Under the pieces are notes generated by a model that had not been told where the DNA came from, did no database searches, and saw only the letters and a list, made by a program, of their open reading frames with translations. From assembly GCA_050633245.1 (NCBI GenBank), contig JBOEGD010000015.1, forward strand, positions 21,681 to 85,680: a stretch of 64,000 bases of DNA, written 5' to 3'. The stretch's first letter is position 1. Every line of letters begins with the position of its first letter. This DNA comes from Calditrichia bacterium (GTDB lineage Bacteria; Calditrichota; Calditrichia; RBG-13-44-9; J075). Positions 1 through 9,632 of this stretch are shown piece by piece. Both the position numbers and the translations under genes were made by a program.

Positions 1-2
1 TA

Positions 3-788
3 AGTGATCAGTATCGTCAAAGCATGATCAGCGAAACCGCACAGCAGAAGTCAGCCGACACCACCCCCAAAATCAGCTACGGAAGACGTGGGAAGAAGCG
101 TCAAAACTCACAGGCCATTATCAAGCGGCGTCTACGTGTCCGCTATGCCAAAAGTGGCTTCATGCGCTTTTTATCTCACTCAGATATTATCCGCGTCTTT
201 GAGCTTGCAACCCTTAGCGCAAAGATTCCTCTGGTTTACTCGCAGAGCCTTCGCCCGACGCCCAAGATTGCCTATGGCTCTCCATTAATGACTGGCATTG
301 CCTCAGTCGCCGAATATTTGGACATGGAGATTCACATTGGCCAGGAAGCAGATATTCAAAACCATTTGAATTCTTATCTGCCCGAGGGAATTGAAATTCT
401 GCAGTATCAGGGAATTTATGCGAAAGTCACCGCCCTTGCGGCAGTCATCAATCGCGCCACGTATGACATTCTCCTAACTGGCGGAGATATTCCCAATACG
501 TGGATTACAGATTGGATGGCAACTGAAAACATCCCGATAAAGCGCCTGTACAAAGACGGCCCACGGGAATTAAATGTGAGACCATTCGTTTCCAGTATAG
601 AGCAAAAAGAAGATCGCTTGTCTATTACAATCGACGCTCATGAAGGAAGAATGGTCAAAATTACCGAAGTTTTAGAATCACTGTTGGCACCAAAGAGCCT
701 GGACTATCGCGCGTTTTTTATTCAGCGAACCGGACAGTTTGCGATAAAAGATAATTCCCAGTATACACCACTGGAAATATTACCTTAA
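3..788 (+). CDS. Radical SAM-linked protein (TIGR03936/DUF2344-type) domain, 5'-truncated by the window edge; probably the C-terminus of a TIGR03960-type radical SAM fusion
   Basis: Motifs RLRVRYAKSGFMRFLSH, IPLVYSQ..PTPKIAYG.PL..G and AEYLD. The frame is open back to base 3. This family commonly lies upstream of rne/rng. Confidence 0.8.
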   Translation, partial: SDQYRQSMISETAQQKSADTTPKISYGRRGKKRQNSQAIIKRRLRVRYAKSGFMRFLSHSDIIRVFELATLSAKIPLVYSQSLRPTPKIAYGSPLMTGIASVAEYLDMEIHIGQEADIQNHLNSYLPEGIEILQYQGIYAKVTALAAVINRATYDILLTGGDIPNTWITDWMATENIPIKRLYKDGPRELNVRPFVSSIEQKEDRLSITIDAHEGRMVKITEVLESLLAPKSLDYRAFFIQRTGQFAIKDNSQYTPLEILP

Positions 789-956
789 CTTCAGTCTATA
801 AAACGAATTCTGTCTGATTATGACTGAATAAAAACCTTACCCTCAGGACGATAGTTGAATACCGGGTAAGAATGGAATGGACGCTTTACCCTCCAGTTAG
901 TGCCCGCCTGCCAACAGGCGACAGCAGTTTCGATGCAGAAAGGATATATGTGCATC

Positions 957-2606
957 ATGAAGAAAGATATTGTTATTAACTCCACCAATGAGGATGTTCG
1001 AATTGCCCTCATGGAAAATTCCCGGCTCGCAGAGCTGTTTGTAGAACGTCCGGATAATGAACGGATGGTTGGTGATATTTATAAAGGACGCGTTCGCAAA
1101 GTTGTTCGCGGAATGCAGGCCGCTTTTATTGATATTGGATTTCAGCAGGATTCATTTTTGCACTTCTCCGATATGGGCTCCAACCGAGATCAACTCTTTA
1201 TCGATACCGAAGATGATGATTCCGATGCTGAGGAGAAAAAAGAGAAGACAAAAGAGACCGCCAATAATGGCAGAAAAAATGGCAAAAGTAATGATCGCGG
1301 CAGACGCGGCAGAGGACGGCACGATAAAGATGGCGATAACCGCGGCCCCTACCCTTTCGAGCTGTTGAAGAATGGACAGGAGATTCTGGTTCAGATTATT
1401 AAAGAACCAATTGCCAATAAAGGCCCAAGAGTAACAACAGAGCTTAGCGTTCCAGGACGTTTTATGGTGCTGGTTCCCAATCAAAAGCGTATCGGCGTCT
1501 CGCGCAAAATCTCTTCCTATAAAGAGAAAAAACGACTTAGGAGCATTGTTCGCAAAATGCTGCCCAAAGGCTTCGGTTGTATAATCCGCACGGTTGCCGA
1601 AGGCAAAGATGCCAAGCTGATTGAAGGTGATCTTCAGCGTTTAATTAGAAACTGGGAAGAGATTCAAAAGCAGCACGAAGTAGCACCAGACAAATCTCTG
1701 ATCTTCAAAGACGTTGGAATGGCTACAAGTATCATCCGGGATCTTTTTACCGGCGATATCAATAAAGTGCACATCGACTCACGTAAAATGCTTCGGGAGG
1801 TAACGCACTATCTTAAAGATGTCGGCGCAGACCAGCTAATCGACAAGGTAGAGTACTTTTCGAAACGCGAACCTATTTTCGACCACTTTAAGATCGAAGA
1901 AGAAATTCAGCGCAGCATCGAAAAGAAAGTCTGGATGTCTAATGGTGGTTACATCATTATTGAACACACCGAAGCGCTGACGGTAGTCGATGTAAACAGC
2001 GGACGTTTCTTTGGACGAAAAAACCATGAGCGCAACTCGCTGAAAATAAACTTGGACGCCTCCAGAGAAATTGCTCGACAGCTGCGCTTGCGCGATGTTG
2101 GCGGACTCATTGTAATCGACTTTATCGATATGGAGCAATCTGACAACAAGCGTAAAATCCTGAATGAGTTGAATAAGGAATTCGCAAGAGATCGCTCCGT
2201 AACCAAGGCAGAAGGCATGAGTCGCTTTGGACTGGTTGAGATGACCCGTCAACGTATTCGCCCCAGCCTTATTTACAATATTCACGAGACCTGTGAAGAC
2301 TGTGGTGGAACCGGTCTTGTTCCAACGGTTGGAACGATTGTGGCCGATATTGAACGTACAATCAGACGATTCGTAACGGCACATCGCGATCGTCGCGTGG
2401 TCTTGCGTCTGCATCCACAAATAGCGGAATATCTTAACAACAAGCGCTTTGGAAGACGTTTTCAGCTGATGTGGAAATACTGGGCGATCATCCAGCTTGA
2501 AGAAGACGAAACACTCAAGCCACATGAATTTCGCGTATTGAAGAAGCGCGGACGTCAGGATGTAACTACCAAGTTTAGTAAGCCGTTGGCAAATTCACCG
2601 GCATAA
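957..2606 (+). CDS. rng: Rne/Rng family ribonuclease (RNase E/G)
   Basis: S1 domain GDIYKGRV...AAFIDIG, TEALTVVDVNSG, LRLRDVGGLIVIDFIDM, GLVEMTRQR, CxxCGGTG zinc link. Start is 948 or 957 after AAGGA. Confidence 0.93.
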   Translation: MKKDIVINSTNEDVRIALMENSRLAELFVERPDNERMVGDIYKGRVRKVVRGMQAAFIDIGFQQDSFLHFSDMGSNRDQLFIDTEDDDSDAEEKKEKTKETANNGRKNGKSNDRGRRGRGRHDKDGDNRGPYPFELLKNGQEILVQIIKEPIANKGPRVTTELSVPGRFMVLVPNQKRIGVSRKISSYKEKKRLRSIVRKMLPKGFGCIIRTVAEGKDAKLIEGDLQRLIRNWEEIQKQHEVAPDKSLIFKDVGMATSIIRDLFTGDINKVHIDSRKMLREVTHYLKDVGADQLIDKVEYFSKREPIFDHFKIEEEIQRSIEKKVWMSNGGYIIIEHTEALTVVDVNSGRFFGRKNHERNSLKINLDASREIARQLRLRDVGGLIVIDFIDMEQSDNKRKILNELNKEFARDRSVTKAEGMSRFGLVEMTRQRIRPSLIYNIHETCEDCGGTGLVPTVGTIVADIERTIRRFVTAHRDRRVVLRLHPQIAEYLNNKRFGRRFQLMWKYWAIIQLEEDETLKPHEFRVLKKRGRQDVTTKFSKPLANSPA

Positions 2607-2625
2607 ATACATGCTTAGAGATTTA

Positions 2626-2656
2626 AGCTCATCACAGTTAAAAGCTGTGGTGAGCT
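2626..2656 (+). terminator. Stem-loop after rne/rng
   Basis: AGCTCATCACAG-7 nt-CTGTGGTGAGCT inverted repeat about 20 nt after the stop; weak U tract. Confidence 0.55.
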
Positions 2657-2711
2657 CTTCGTAGCCATAGCGATAAAAACCACCCCCTTTTCCCGACTAC
2701 TTTAAGGAGAT

Positions 2712-3881
2712 TTGAAGCACATGGAATATCAACGCTTTGGACGATCACTCGTCCCGGAAGGAGGACTGTTCGACGATTATGAGTCCGCAATGGAATTTTT
2801 GCAGGCCCTCGAACAGGATGTATTAACAGATCAGATTCAGAACCTTAGCTTCACGACAGACGAAGAAGGCCATTTGAATGTAATGATCAACAACAAGCGC
2901 TATTACATTACCAATCTGGCGCTGAAGGAACTGTGCAAGTTCTTGAAAGTGCCTGCCAGTTACATCAACAAGTTTCCCGGGCGCGATCTGGTGCTCGAGA
3001 ACCTGAACAACAATCCCTATCTGAAAAATAACGATGAGTTGGTAAAGCTGGTAGTCTGGGACAATTTTGAAGAACATCCGGCAATCGCAGGCGTATTGGC
3101 AGGCGATGATCCGGCAATGACAATGACAGAATACCTCGAACTGATGCAGAGCAATGGTGCATTCGAACGCGAAGAGATTAAGTTAGACCAAATTGCCGTA
3201 ACCGACGATGAACTTGTAGTGTATTTTTATCTGCCGGAAGAGATCAAGCGAAATGGCTACAGTTTCCATGGTGGATTTGCAATTCACTATTCCGGTAATC
3301 GCGCCAATGATACGGTTGTAAATCCATTTTGTAAGATGTCGGTTGTCGCTTCAACCGGCGAGCCATTCGATTTCGATTTCGAGGGCAAGAAGAAGCTGCA
3401 TATTGCCAAACGTAAGAAAGATGACTTCCTGTCTAAAACCATTGAAATCGGGCAAACCTATATTGGCGAAGATTTGGGTGCTTACTATGAAGAAGCAATG
3501 AAATACGGCACCGTGATGCGCAATCTGGATTCTATTAAGTATTCCGTATTGAAATACTTTAAATCACGCGCTGTTTCCTCATACAACTATAGCGGTATTA
3601 AGGTAGATGGTAATCTGGTTAGCAAGGAGATCATCCCTGAGTATTCCGAGTTTTATAGTGCAAATAAGGAAGACCTGCAAACGATGGAAACCTACACAGC
3701 CAATAATCTGCCGGTTAGCTTTTATATCCCCACATTTTTCAATCGCATCTTCACTTTCCAGTCCAGCGTAGAAAGCCCGTATTTTATGCTGCGCTATCGC
3801 AAGGCCATCGGCAATATGCTGCACAAGCTTCTCGATGAGGTTGGTGACGTTATTGTAGATGTGCACGATGAGGAAGGTTAA
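2712..3881 (+). CDS. Hypothetical protein with a DUF932-like N-terminal half
   Basis: 389 aa ORF with TTG start after AAGGAG. TNLALKELCKFLKVPASYINKFP.DLVLENLN resembles the DUF932 pattern from memory. Confidence 0.6.
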   Translation: MKHMEYQRFGRSLVPEGGLFDDYESAMEFLQALEQDVLTDQIQNLSFTTDEEGHLNVMINNKRYYITNLALKELCKFLKVPASYINKFPGRDLVLENLNNNPYLKNNDELVKLVVWDNFEEHPAIAGVLAGDDPAMTMTEYLELMQSNGAFEREEIKLDQIAVTDDELVVYFYLPEEIKRNGYSFHGGFAIHYSGNRANDTVVNPFCKMSVVASTGEPFDFDFEGKKKLHIAKRKKDDFLSKTIEIGQTYIGEDLGAYYEEAMKYGTVMRNLDSIKYSVLKYFKSRAVSSYNYSGIKVDGNLVSKEIIPEYSEFYSANKEDLQTMETYTANNLPVSFYIPTFFNRIFTFQSSVESPYFMLRYRKAIGNMLHKLLDEVGDVIVDVHDEEG

Positions 3882-3933
3882 TACATAATTAGCGAGACGC
3901 GAGTAGCGAGTCGTTAAAGACACGTCTTGCGTC

Positions 3934-4758
3934 TTAAATCAGTTTATCCATCCGCAGTATAGATTCTTTAACCAGCTTCTGAAACTTCGACTTTACCATT
4001 CCGGCAATTTCCGTGACTTCTGCATGAGAAAGTGGTTCACTGCTAAGCCCGGTGCCGGGATTGGTGATACAAGATATTCCGGCAACCCTAATTCCACGCG
4101 CCCTCGCAAGGATAACTTCGGGAACAGTAGACATACTGGCAGCATCGCCTCCCAGCTTTTGTAGCATGCGAACTTCGGCGGCCGTTTCATAGCAAGGCCC
4201 GGAAGACACCGCAAGCGTGCCCTTTTGTAGCGGGATGTGCATTTCCTTGCCCGCTTCTTCAATCACCTTAATCAATTCCGGATCGTAAGCATGGTTCATA
4301 TCCGGCCAGCGCTGCTCGCCATCAACGACAGCACCAAATAGCGGATTGCTGAACAACCAGTTAATCTGGTCATTAATTATCATTAGATCACCAGGTTTAT
4401 AGAGTGGGTTGGTTCCACCGGCGGCATTTGTTACAAGAAGGATTTTTACGCCCATCTCGGCCATGACGCGCACCACATAGCTCACCTTGTCAATTCCATG
4501 CCCTTCATAAAAATGCGTTCGCCCCTGCACTGCAACTGCCGGTACGCCATCAACCTTACCAAATACCAGAAACCCCTTATGGCCGCTAACGGTTGAATGC
4601 GGGAAGTGTGGAATTTCTTTGGTCGAAATCGAAATACGATCATCAAGCGTATCGGCAAAATCGCCCAAACCACTGCCAAGGATCAATCCAAAACGAGGGG
4701 AAAGATCTGTATGCTTGCGAATCGCAGCGACGGATTCTTTGAGATGTTCGTTAATCAT
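3934..4758 (-). CDS. punA: Purine-nucleoside phosphorylase (PunA/XapA type)
   Basis: GLILGSGLG, GRTHFYEG, TNAAGG, GPCYETAAE, MSTVPEV, SCITN, LSHAEV. Confidence 0.93.
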   Translation of the reverse strand: MINEHLKESVAAIRKHTDLSPRFGLILGSGLGDFADTLDDRISISTKEIPHFPHSTVSGHKGFLVFGKVDGVPAVAVQGRTHFYEGHGIDKVSYVVRVMAEMGVKILLVTNAAGGTNPLYKPGDLMIINDQINWLFSNPLFGAVVDGEQRWPDMNHAYDPELIKVIEEAGKEMHIPLQKGTLAVSSGPCYETAAEVRMLQKLGGDAASMSTVPEVILARARGIRVAGISCITNPGTGLSSEPLSHAEVTEIAGMVKSKFQKLVKESILRMDKLI

Positions 4759-4774
4759 ATGGTGTTCCTTAATA

Positions 4775-4830
4775 ATCGGTGATCGGTGATCGGTGATCGG
4801 TGATCGGTGATCGGTGATCGGTGATCGGTG
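4775..4830. repeat. Perfect heptamer tandem repeat (ATCGGTG)x8
   Basis: Counted directly; lies just upstream of the PNP start codon. Confidence 0.95.
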
Positions 4831-4957
4831 AATAATTTAGCTCAAATTCTGACCGCCTCTCACCGTTTCTCACTTTCTTCTCTCACAAAATTACCCGTTA
4901 CCCGTTGCCCGTTTGTTCCTACAGCCTTGAGTGAAACGAAAGGCGTCCTACCCCCTA

Positions 4958-6709
4958 TTATTCTGCCATCCCATCCAGCACGTATTCGGACAGAAAAAGT
5001 GGTTCACCGGCCTTAAAGTGCGGTAACGCTTTCAGTGTATTGCGAAAAACCGGGGGAAGTTGTGTCAGCTCCGGTAAAATTTTCGTGGCATCAACCGAAA
5101 TCCCGCTACTCAGCAACCGCTCCCAGCTCGACTCCAGCTCAGGATAAGATTTTAGCAGAACCGGCTCATCCACTGGTAGCTCCGCCAGACGCTTCGCCGT
5201 ATCAACAGCGTCACTAAAATCACCCAGTTTATCAACTAAACCAATCTCCAGTCCTTGCCGTCCTGTCCAGACTCTTCCCTGAGCAATCGCGTCCACGTCT
5301 TCTATCGACATGTCACGCCCCTCAGCTACCTTGCTAATAAAATCCTGATAGAATTCCATTACAAAGCCACGTATAATTTGTCGCTGCTCCGGAGAGAACT
5401 TTGATGTTGAGCTAAAAATATCGGCATTACGTCCACGGCGCAGCGTTTCTATGTTCATGCCGATCTTCTCATAAGTCTGCTTCATCGAAAACTTACCGGC
5501 AAATACTCCAATACTGCCCACAATGCTCCCAGGCTCGGCGATAATTGAATCAGCCGCCATAGCGATATAATAGCCACCCGAGGCTGCCAGATCGGATACT
5601 GAGGCCACAACGGGCTTTTTCTTCTTCGCTTCTACAACCTCACGCCAGATAACGTCAGAGGCCGTTCCGGAACCACCGGGACTATCGATGCGCAAAACAA
5701 TCGCTTTAATATCATCATCATCCGCTGCTTCGCGAATACTCTTAGCCATTCCTTCTGATGTAATAAGGCCATCGGCGTACTGCTTAACGCCACCAATAAC
5801 GATTGTTCCGACCCCATAAATAACCGCGATTTCATTATCCGGAGTTACATCGAAGCTGGAGTAGGGAACGCGCTTGTAGCGACCGAGTGAAGTAAACTTT
5901 AGTCGCTTGCCATGCGTGCTTTTCAACAATCCTTTAACTTCTTCATAATACATCGCCGTATCGACCAGTCCCTGCTTTAAAGCCTCCTCAACCGAGAAGA
6001 AGCCTTTGTCGACCAGCGACTTTACTTTCGATTCGCTGATATTGCGGGATTCTGAAAGCGTCGAAACAAAGGTACCGTAAAACTCATCCAATATTGCATT
6101 GGTCACCTCGCGCTGCGCATCGGACATGCTTTCGCGCGTATAACCATCAGGGGCATTCTTGTATTTACCATGTGCAACGAAATCCGCTTCCACACCAACC
6201 TTACTTAGTGTTTCCTTTAGAAAACTGGGCTGGCTTAAAAAGCCATTCACGAACATAAATCCGGTGCGAATTCCTGCAATAGTATCCGCAACAGAGGCCA
6301 AATAATAATCCTTATTGGCAACGGCCTCTACATAAGCATAGATCGGCTTTTCACTTTCTTTAAAATCGAGCAGCGCATTGCGCAACTCCTGAACTTTCCC
6401 CCACCCCATACTCAGGGCCGCCGGACGCAATAATACGCCTTTAATGCGATCATCCATCTTAGCCTTGCGCAATGCCTGAAGCATATCCTGTAGGGAGAGC
6501 GGCTGTGCAGAACCCAATGTCTCGGCAAACGGGTCGTCTATCGAGCGTTCGGCAACCGGACCGCTAATGGTAAGTTCAAGGAAAGAATCCCTCGAGAGTG
6601 GTGGGGATTCGCTGGAGAAACCGCTAAAAAGCGAGCCATAGAAAACTCCCGCCACCAAAAAACACAGCAGCAGGAGCAATAGTATTTTATGCCATTCTTT
6701 AAGAAACAT
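4958..6709 (-). CDS. sppA: Signal peptide peptidase SppA (67K type, S49)
   Basis: N-terminal TM, two S49 domains, LRIDSPGGS, AASGGYYIA, GSIGV, AQGRVWTG. Start placed at MFLKEW. Confidence 0.92.
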   Translation of the reverse strand: MFLKEWHKILLLLLLCFLVAGVFYGSLFSGFSSESPPLSRDSFLELTISGPVAERSIDDPFAETLGSAQPLSLQDMLQALRKAKMDDRIKGVLLRPAALSMGWGKVQELRNALLDFKESEKPIYAYVEAVANKDYYLASVADTIAGIRTGFMFVNGFLSQPSFLKETLSKVGVEADFVAHGKYKNAPDGYTRESMSDAQREVTNAILDEFYGTFVSTLSESRNISESKVKSLVDKGFFSVEEALKQGLVDTAMYYEEVKGLLKSTHGKRLKFTSLGRYKRVPYSSFDVTPDNEIAVIYGVGTIVIGGVKQYADGLITSEGMAKSIREAADDDDIKAIVLRIDSPGGSGTASDVIWREVVEAKKKKPVVASVSDLAASGGYYIAMAADSIIAEPGSIVGSIGVFAGKFSMKQTYEKIGMNIETLRRGRNADIFSSTSKFSPEQRQIIRGFVMEFYQDFISKVAEGRDMSIEDVDAIAQGRVWTGRQGLEIGLVDKLGDFSDAVDTAKRLAELPVDEPVLLKSYPELESSWERLLSSGISVDATKILPELTQLPPVFRNTLKALPHFKAGEPLFLSEYVLDGMAE

Positions 6710-6797
6710 TGTGCACCTCAACCAGAGCGTTAATAGAATACTAATCATACAACCGCAGGCATACCAGTGCAAGCGAAAATCTATCTCGTTTCGACTA

Positions 6798-8105
6798 TTA
6801 CAGCGGCGTAATTACACCGGCAATTGTTGCAGTCATAAACGTAGCTAAAGAGCCGCCCAAAACAGCACGTAAGCCCATCTTTGCAAGATCTTCACGACGA
6901 TCCGGTGCGATTCCACCAATTCCACCAATCTGAATTGCGATTGAAGAGAAGTTGGCAAATCCGCAAAGCGCATAGGTAGAAATCAATACTGCCTTGTCAC
7001 TCATAACCGCCTTTAGGCTGCTGAGCTCCAGATAAGCAATAAATTCATTCAGTACAACCTTTTGCCCGATAAGCGAACCCACATTAACAGCATCGGCCCA
7101 GGGCACACCAATGATCCAGGCAATTGGCGATAGCAGATAACCTAGTAACAGCTGAATATTAATCGGCTTACCGGCAATAGTCAGTCCCAGCAGATCGGTA
7201 AAGATGCCCTGCACGATCCAGTTCGCCATAGCAATTAGCGCGATAAATGCCAAGAGCATCGCAGCCACATTCAGCGCGAGTTTTAAACCATCAGCCGCTC
7301 CGGTTGCCGCAGCGTCAATAACGTTGGATGCAGTTTTCTCAACTTCAACCTTTACATCACCCATCGTTTGCGATTCCTGCGTCTCCGGCATCAGTATCTT
7401 TGCAATAACAATTGTTGCCGGTGCCGCCATAATACTTGCCGAAAGCAGGTGTTTGGCATAATACACCTGCAATTGCGGATCCGTTCCCGCAAGTAAACCA
7501 ACATATGCTGCCAAAACCCCGCCGGCAATAGTAGCCATTCCACCAACCATCATGGTCAGCAGCTCTGACCGCGTCATTCCGGATACATAGGGCCGAACTA
7601 CAAGTGGCGCCTCGGTTTGACCAATAAATACATTTGCAGCAACGGAGATCGATTCCGACCCGCTCACCTTCATCGTTTTCACCATTCCCTTAGCCATAAG
7701 CTCAACAATCTTCTGCATAACTCCCAGGTGATAAAGAACAGACATAAGTGAAGCAAAGAAGATAAGCGTGGGCAACACCTGAAAGGCAAAGAAGAAGCCC
7801 TTGCCCTGGTTTTGCTGCTCTGCAGGCACTATTCCATCGAAAGTGGACTGCTCGGCGAGCACGCCGAAAATAAACTTTGAACCCTCAGTGGTAAAGTTGA
7901 TAATCTGAACAAAAACACCGGCGATTGAATCAAATACGGCAGCTCCCCACGGTGTTCGGATTACAAATAGAGCAAACAGGATTTGTAATGTCAGACCAAC
8001 AGCAACCACATACCAGTCCACGGATTTTCGATTGGTGGAAAAAGCAAAAGCAATCGACAGCAGAACAACAAGTCCCATTGCTCCGAATAAATAATCGGTT
8101 ATCAT
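6798..8105 (-). CDS. nupC: NupC/CNT family nucleoside transporter
   Basis: FAFQVLPTLIFF, AANVFIGQTEAPL, GGMATIAG, VLNEFIAY, CGFANFSS. Confidence 0.93.
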   Translation of the reverse strand: MITDYLFGAMGLVVLLSIAFAFSTNRKSVDWYVVAVGLTLQILFALFVIRTPWGAAVFDSIAGVFVQIINFTTEGSKFIFGVLAEQSTFDGIVPAEQQNQGKGFFFAFQVLPTLIFFASLMSVLYHLGVMQKIVELMAKGMVKTMKVSGSESISVAANVFIGQTEAPLVVRPYVSGMTRSELLTMMVGGMATIAGGVLAAYVGLLAGTDPQLQVYYAKHLLSASIMAAPATIVIAKILMPETQESQTMGDVKVEVEKTASNVIDAAATGAADGLKLALNVAAMLLAFIALIAMANWIVQGIFTDLLGLTIAGKPINIQLLLGYLLSPIAWIIGVPWADAVNVGSLIGQKVVLNEFIAYLELSSLKAVMSDKAVLISTYALCGFANFSSIAIQIGGIGGIAPDRREDLAKMGLRAVLGGSLATFMTATIAGVITPL

Positions 8106-8142
8106 AGGCTTTCAAGCCTCCAGAAAGTAAGCATTCAATTTA

Positions 8143-8760
8143 TTACTCTGCCTGTGAATCGGCATCGCTGCCGGTGGCTTTCGTTTTGTTATACGGCATA
8201 TTACGTGGCGGCGAAAAGCAATTTCGGCAGCGCGCTTCATACATATCCACTTCACCAACCAGCACTTGGTCTTCATCGGGAATAGTGCGTTGTGTAAACG
8301 ACGCCGGATTGCCGCACTGCACGCAGATGGCCTGCATTTTGATCACATATTCTGCCACGGCAAGCAACTGTGGGATTGGGTCAAACGGCATGCCGCGATA
8401 GTCCATATCCAAACCGGCAACGATAACGCGTTTGCCCATATTGGCGAGTCGCAGACAAACATCGACTAATTCACCGTCGAAAAATTGCGCTTCATCGATG
8501 CCCACAACCTGGCTTTCGAGTGATTTGTCCAGAATATCGCGTGCTTTTTCTACAACAACAGACTTTATGCGCTGCTCGGAATGAGAAACAATATGATCTT
8601 CACTGTAGCGATCATCAATGGTAGGTTTAAAAATCGTTACTTTCTGGCGAGCAATCAATGCCCGTCGCAAACGTCGAATAAGTTCTTCCGTTTTTCCACT
8701 GAACATGCAGCCACAAACGACTTCTATCCAGCCAACGTTTCGTTGAATTATCGGAATCAT
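8143..8760 (-). CDS. tdk: Thymidine kinase
   Basis: [25 protein letters not shown]-terminal zinc site CxxC...YEARCRNC. Confidence 0.95.
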   Translation of the reverse strand: MIPIIQRNVGWIEVVCGCMFSGKTEELIRRLRRALIARQKVTIFKPTIDDRYSEDHIVSHSEQRIKSVVVEKARDILDKSLESQVVGIDEAQFFDGELVDVCLRLANMGKRVIVAGLDMDYRGMPFDPIPQLLAVAEYVIKMQAICVQCGNPASFTQRTIPDEDQVLVGEVDMYEARCRNCFSPPRNMPYNKTKATGSDADSQAE

Positions 8761-8801
8761 AGCACAACACTCCCTTTTGCTGTGATGCGAACTGCAGGCG
8801 T

Positions 8802-9425
8802 TTAACCGGCCAGCAGCTTTTCTATTTTCGATTTGACAATATCTATCGCAATAAAATTTTTGCCACCGTGAGGAATAATTATATCGGCATAGCGTTTCGA
8901 CGGCTCTACAAACTGCAAATACATCGGGCGAACCGTTTTCTGATACTGATTAAGCACTGAATCTAAACTGCGCCCCCGCTCTTCAGTATCTCTGCGAATT
9001 CGTCGAATTAAGCAGACATCCGGATCTGTATCAATAAATATCTTAATGTCCATCATCTCGCGGAGTTCCGGAACGGCGAGAATGAGAATGCCTTCCAGAA
9101 TAATTATTTCATGCGGTCCAATCTTAGCACCACCCTTTTTGCGCGTATGTGCAGCATAGTCATATTCAGGATGCTCGATGGTTTCACCAGACTGCAGGCG
9201 TTGAATCTGCTGACTTAAAAAGCCATGATCGAAGGCATCGGGATGATCGAAGTTCACCTGCGTTCGCTCCTCGAATGGCAGATGCATCAAATCTTTATAG
9301 TAAGCATCTTCCTGAATAATAACGACCTCATTGGCACCGAACGCTTCACAAATTGTACGGGCAACCAACGTTTTCCCAGAGCCGCTGGCACCGGCAATTC
9401 CAATAACGACGGTTTCTTTTGTCAT
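8802..9425 (-). CDS. udk: Uridine kinase
   Basis: [50 protein letters not shown]. Confidence 0.95.
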   Translation of the reverse strand: MTKETVVIGIAGASGSGKTLVARTICEAFGANEVVIIQEDAYYKDLMHLPFEERTQVNFDHPDAFDHGFLSQQIQRLQSGETIEHPEYDYAAHTRKKGGAKIGPHEIIILEGILILAVPELREMMDIKIFIDTDPDVCLIRRIRRDTEERGRSLDSVLNQYQKTVRPMYLQFVEPSKRYADIIIPHGGKNFIAIDIVKSKIEKLLAG

Positions 9426-9632
9426 ACGTCATCTTTCCAATAATCGGGCAACACCTGCAAAGATAGTCGTTTAAAGGCATGTTTGGCAGGCTTTTAGACC
9501 GCGAAAAGATAACGGTGACGCCCCTATAAAACAAGCGTAATTTAGCGATTGGAATCACAAGCCGTTTTGAAACAGCACCATTTTTGTGTATTTTTGGCCG
9601 GATCTAAAATATTTGCCTGAAGGAGGCTCTTT

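Noticed and set aside
1836-2525. 229-aa antisense ORF, and similar shadow ORFs such as 19166..19798, 24975..25541 and 34343..34909
   Set aside because: They lie wholly antisense to well-supported genes and have no recognisable motifs.
4775-4830. Possible CRISPR array
   Set aside because: 7-bp tandem units with no spacers; no cas genes in the window.
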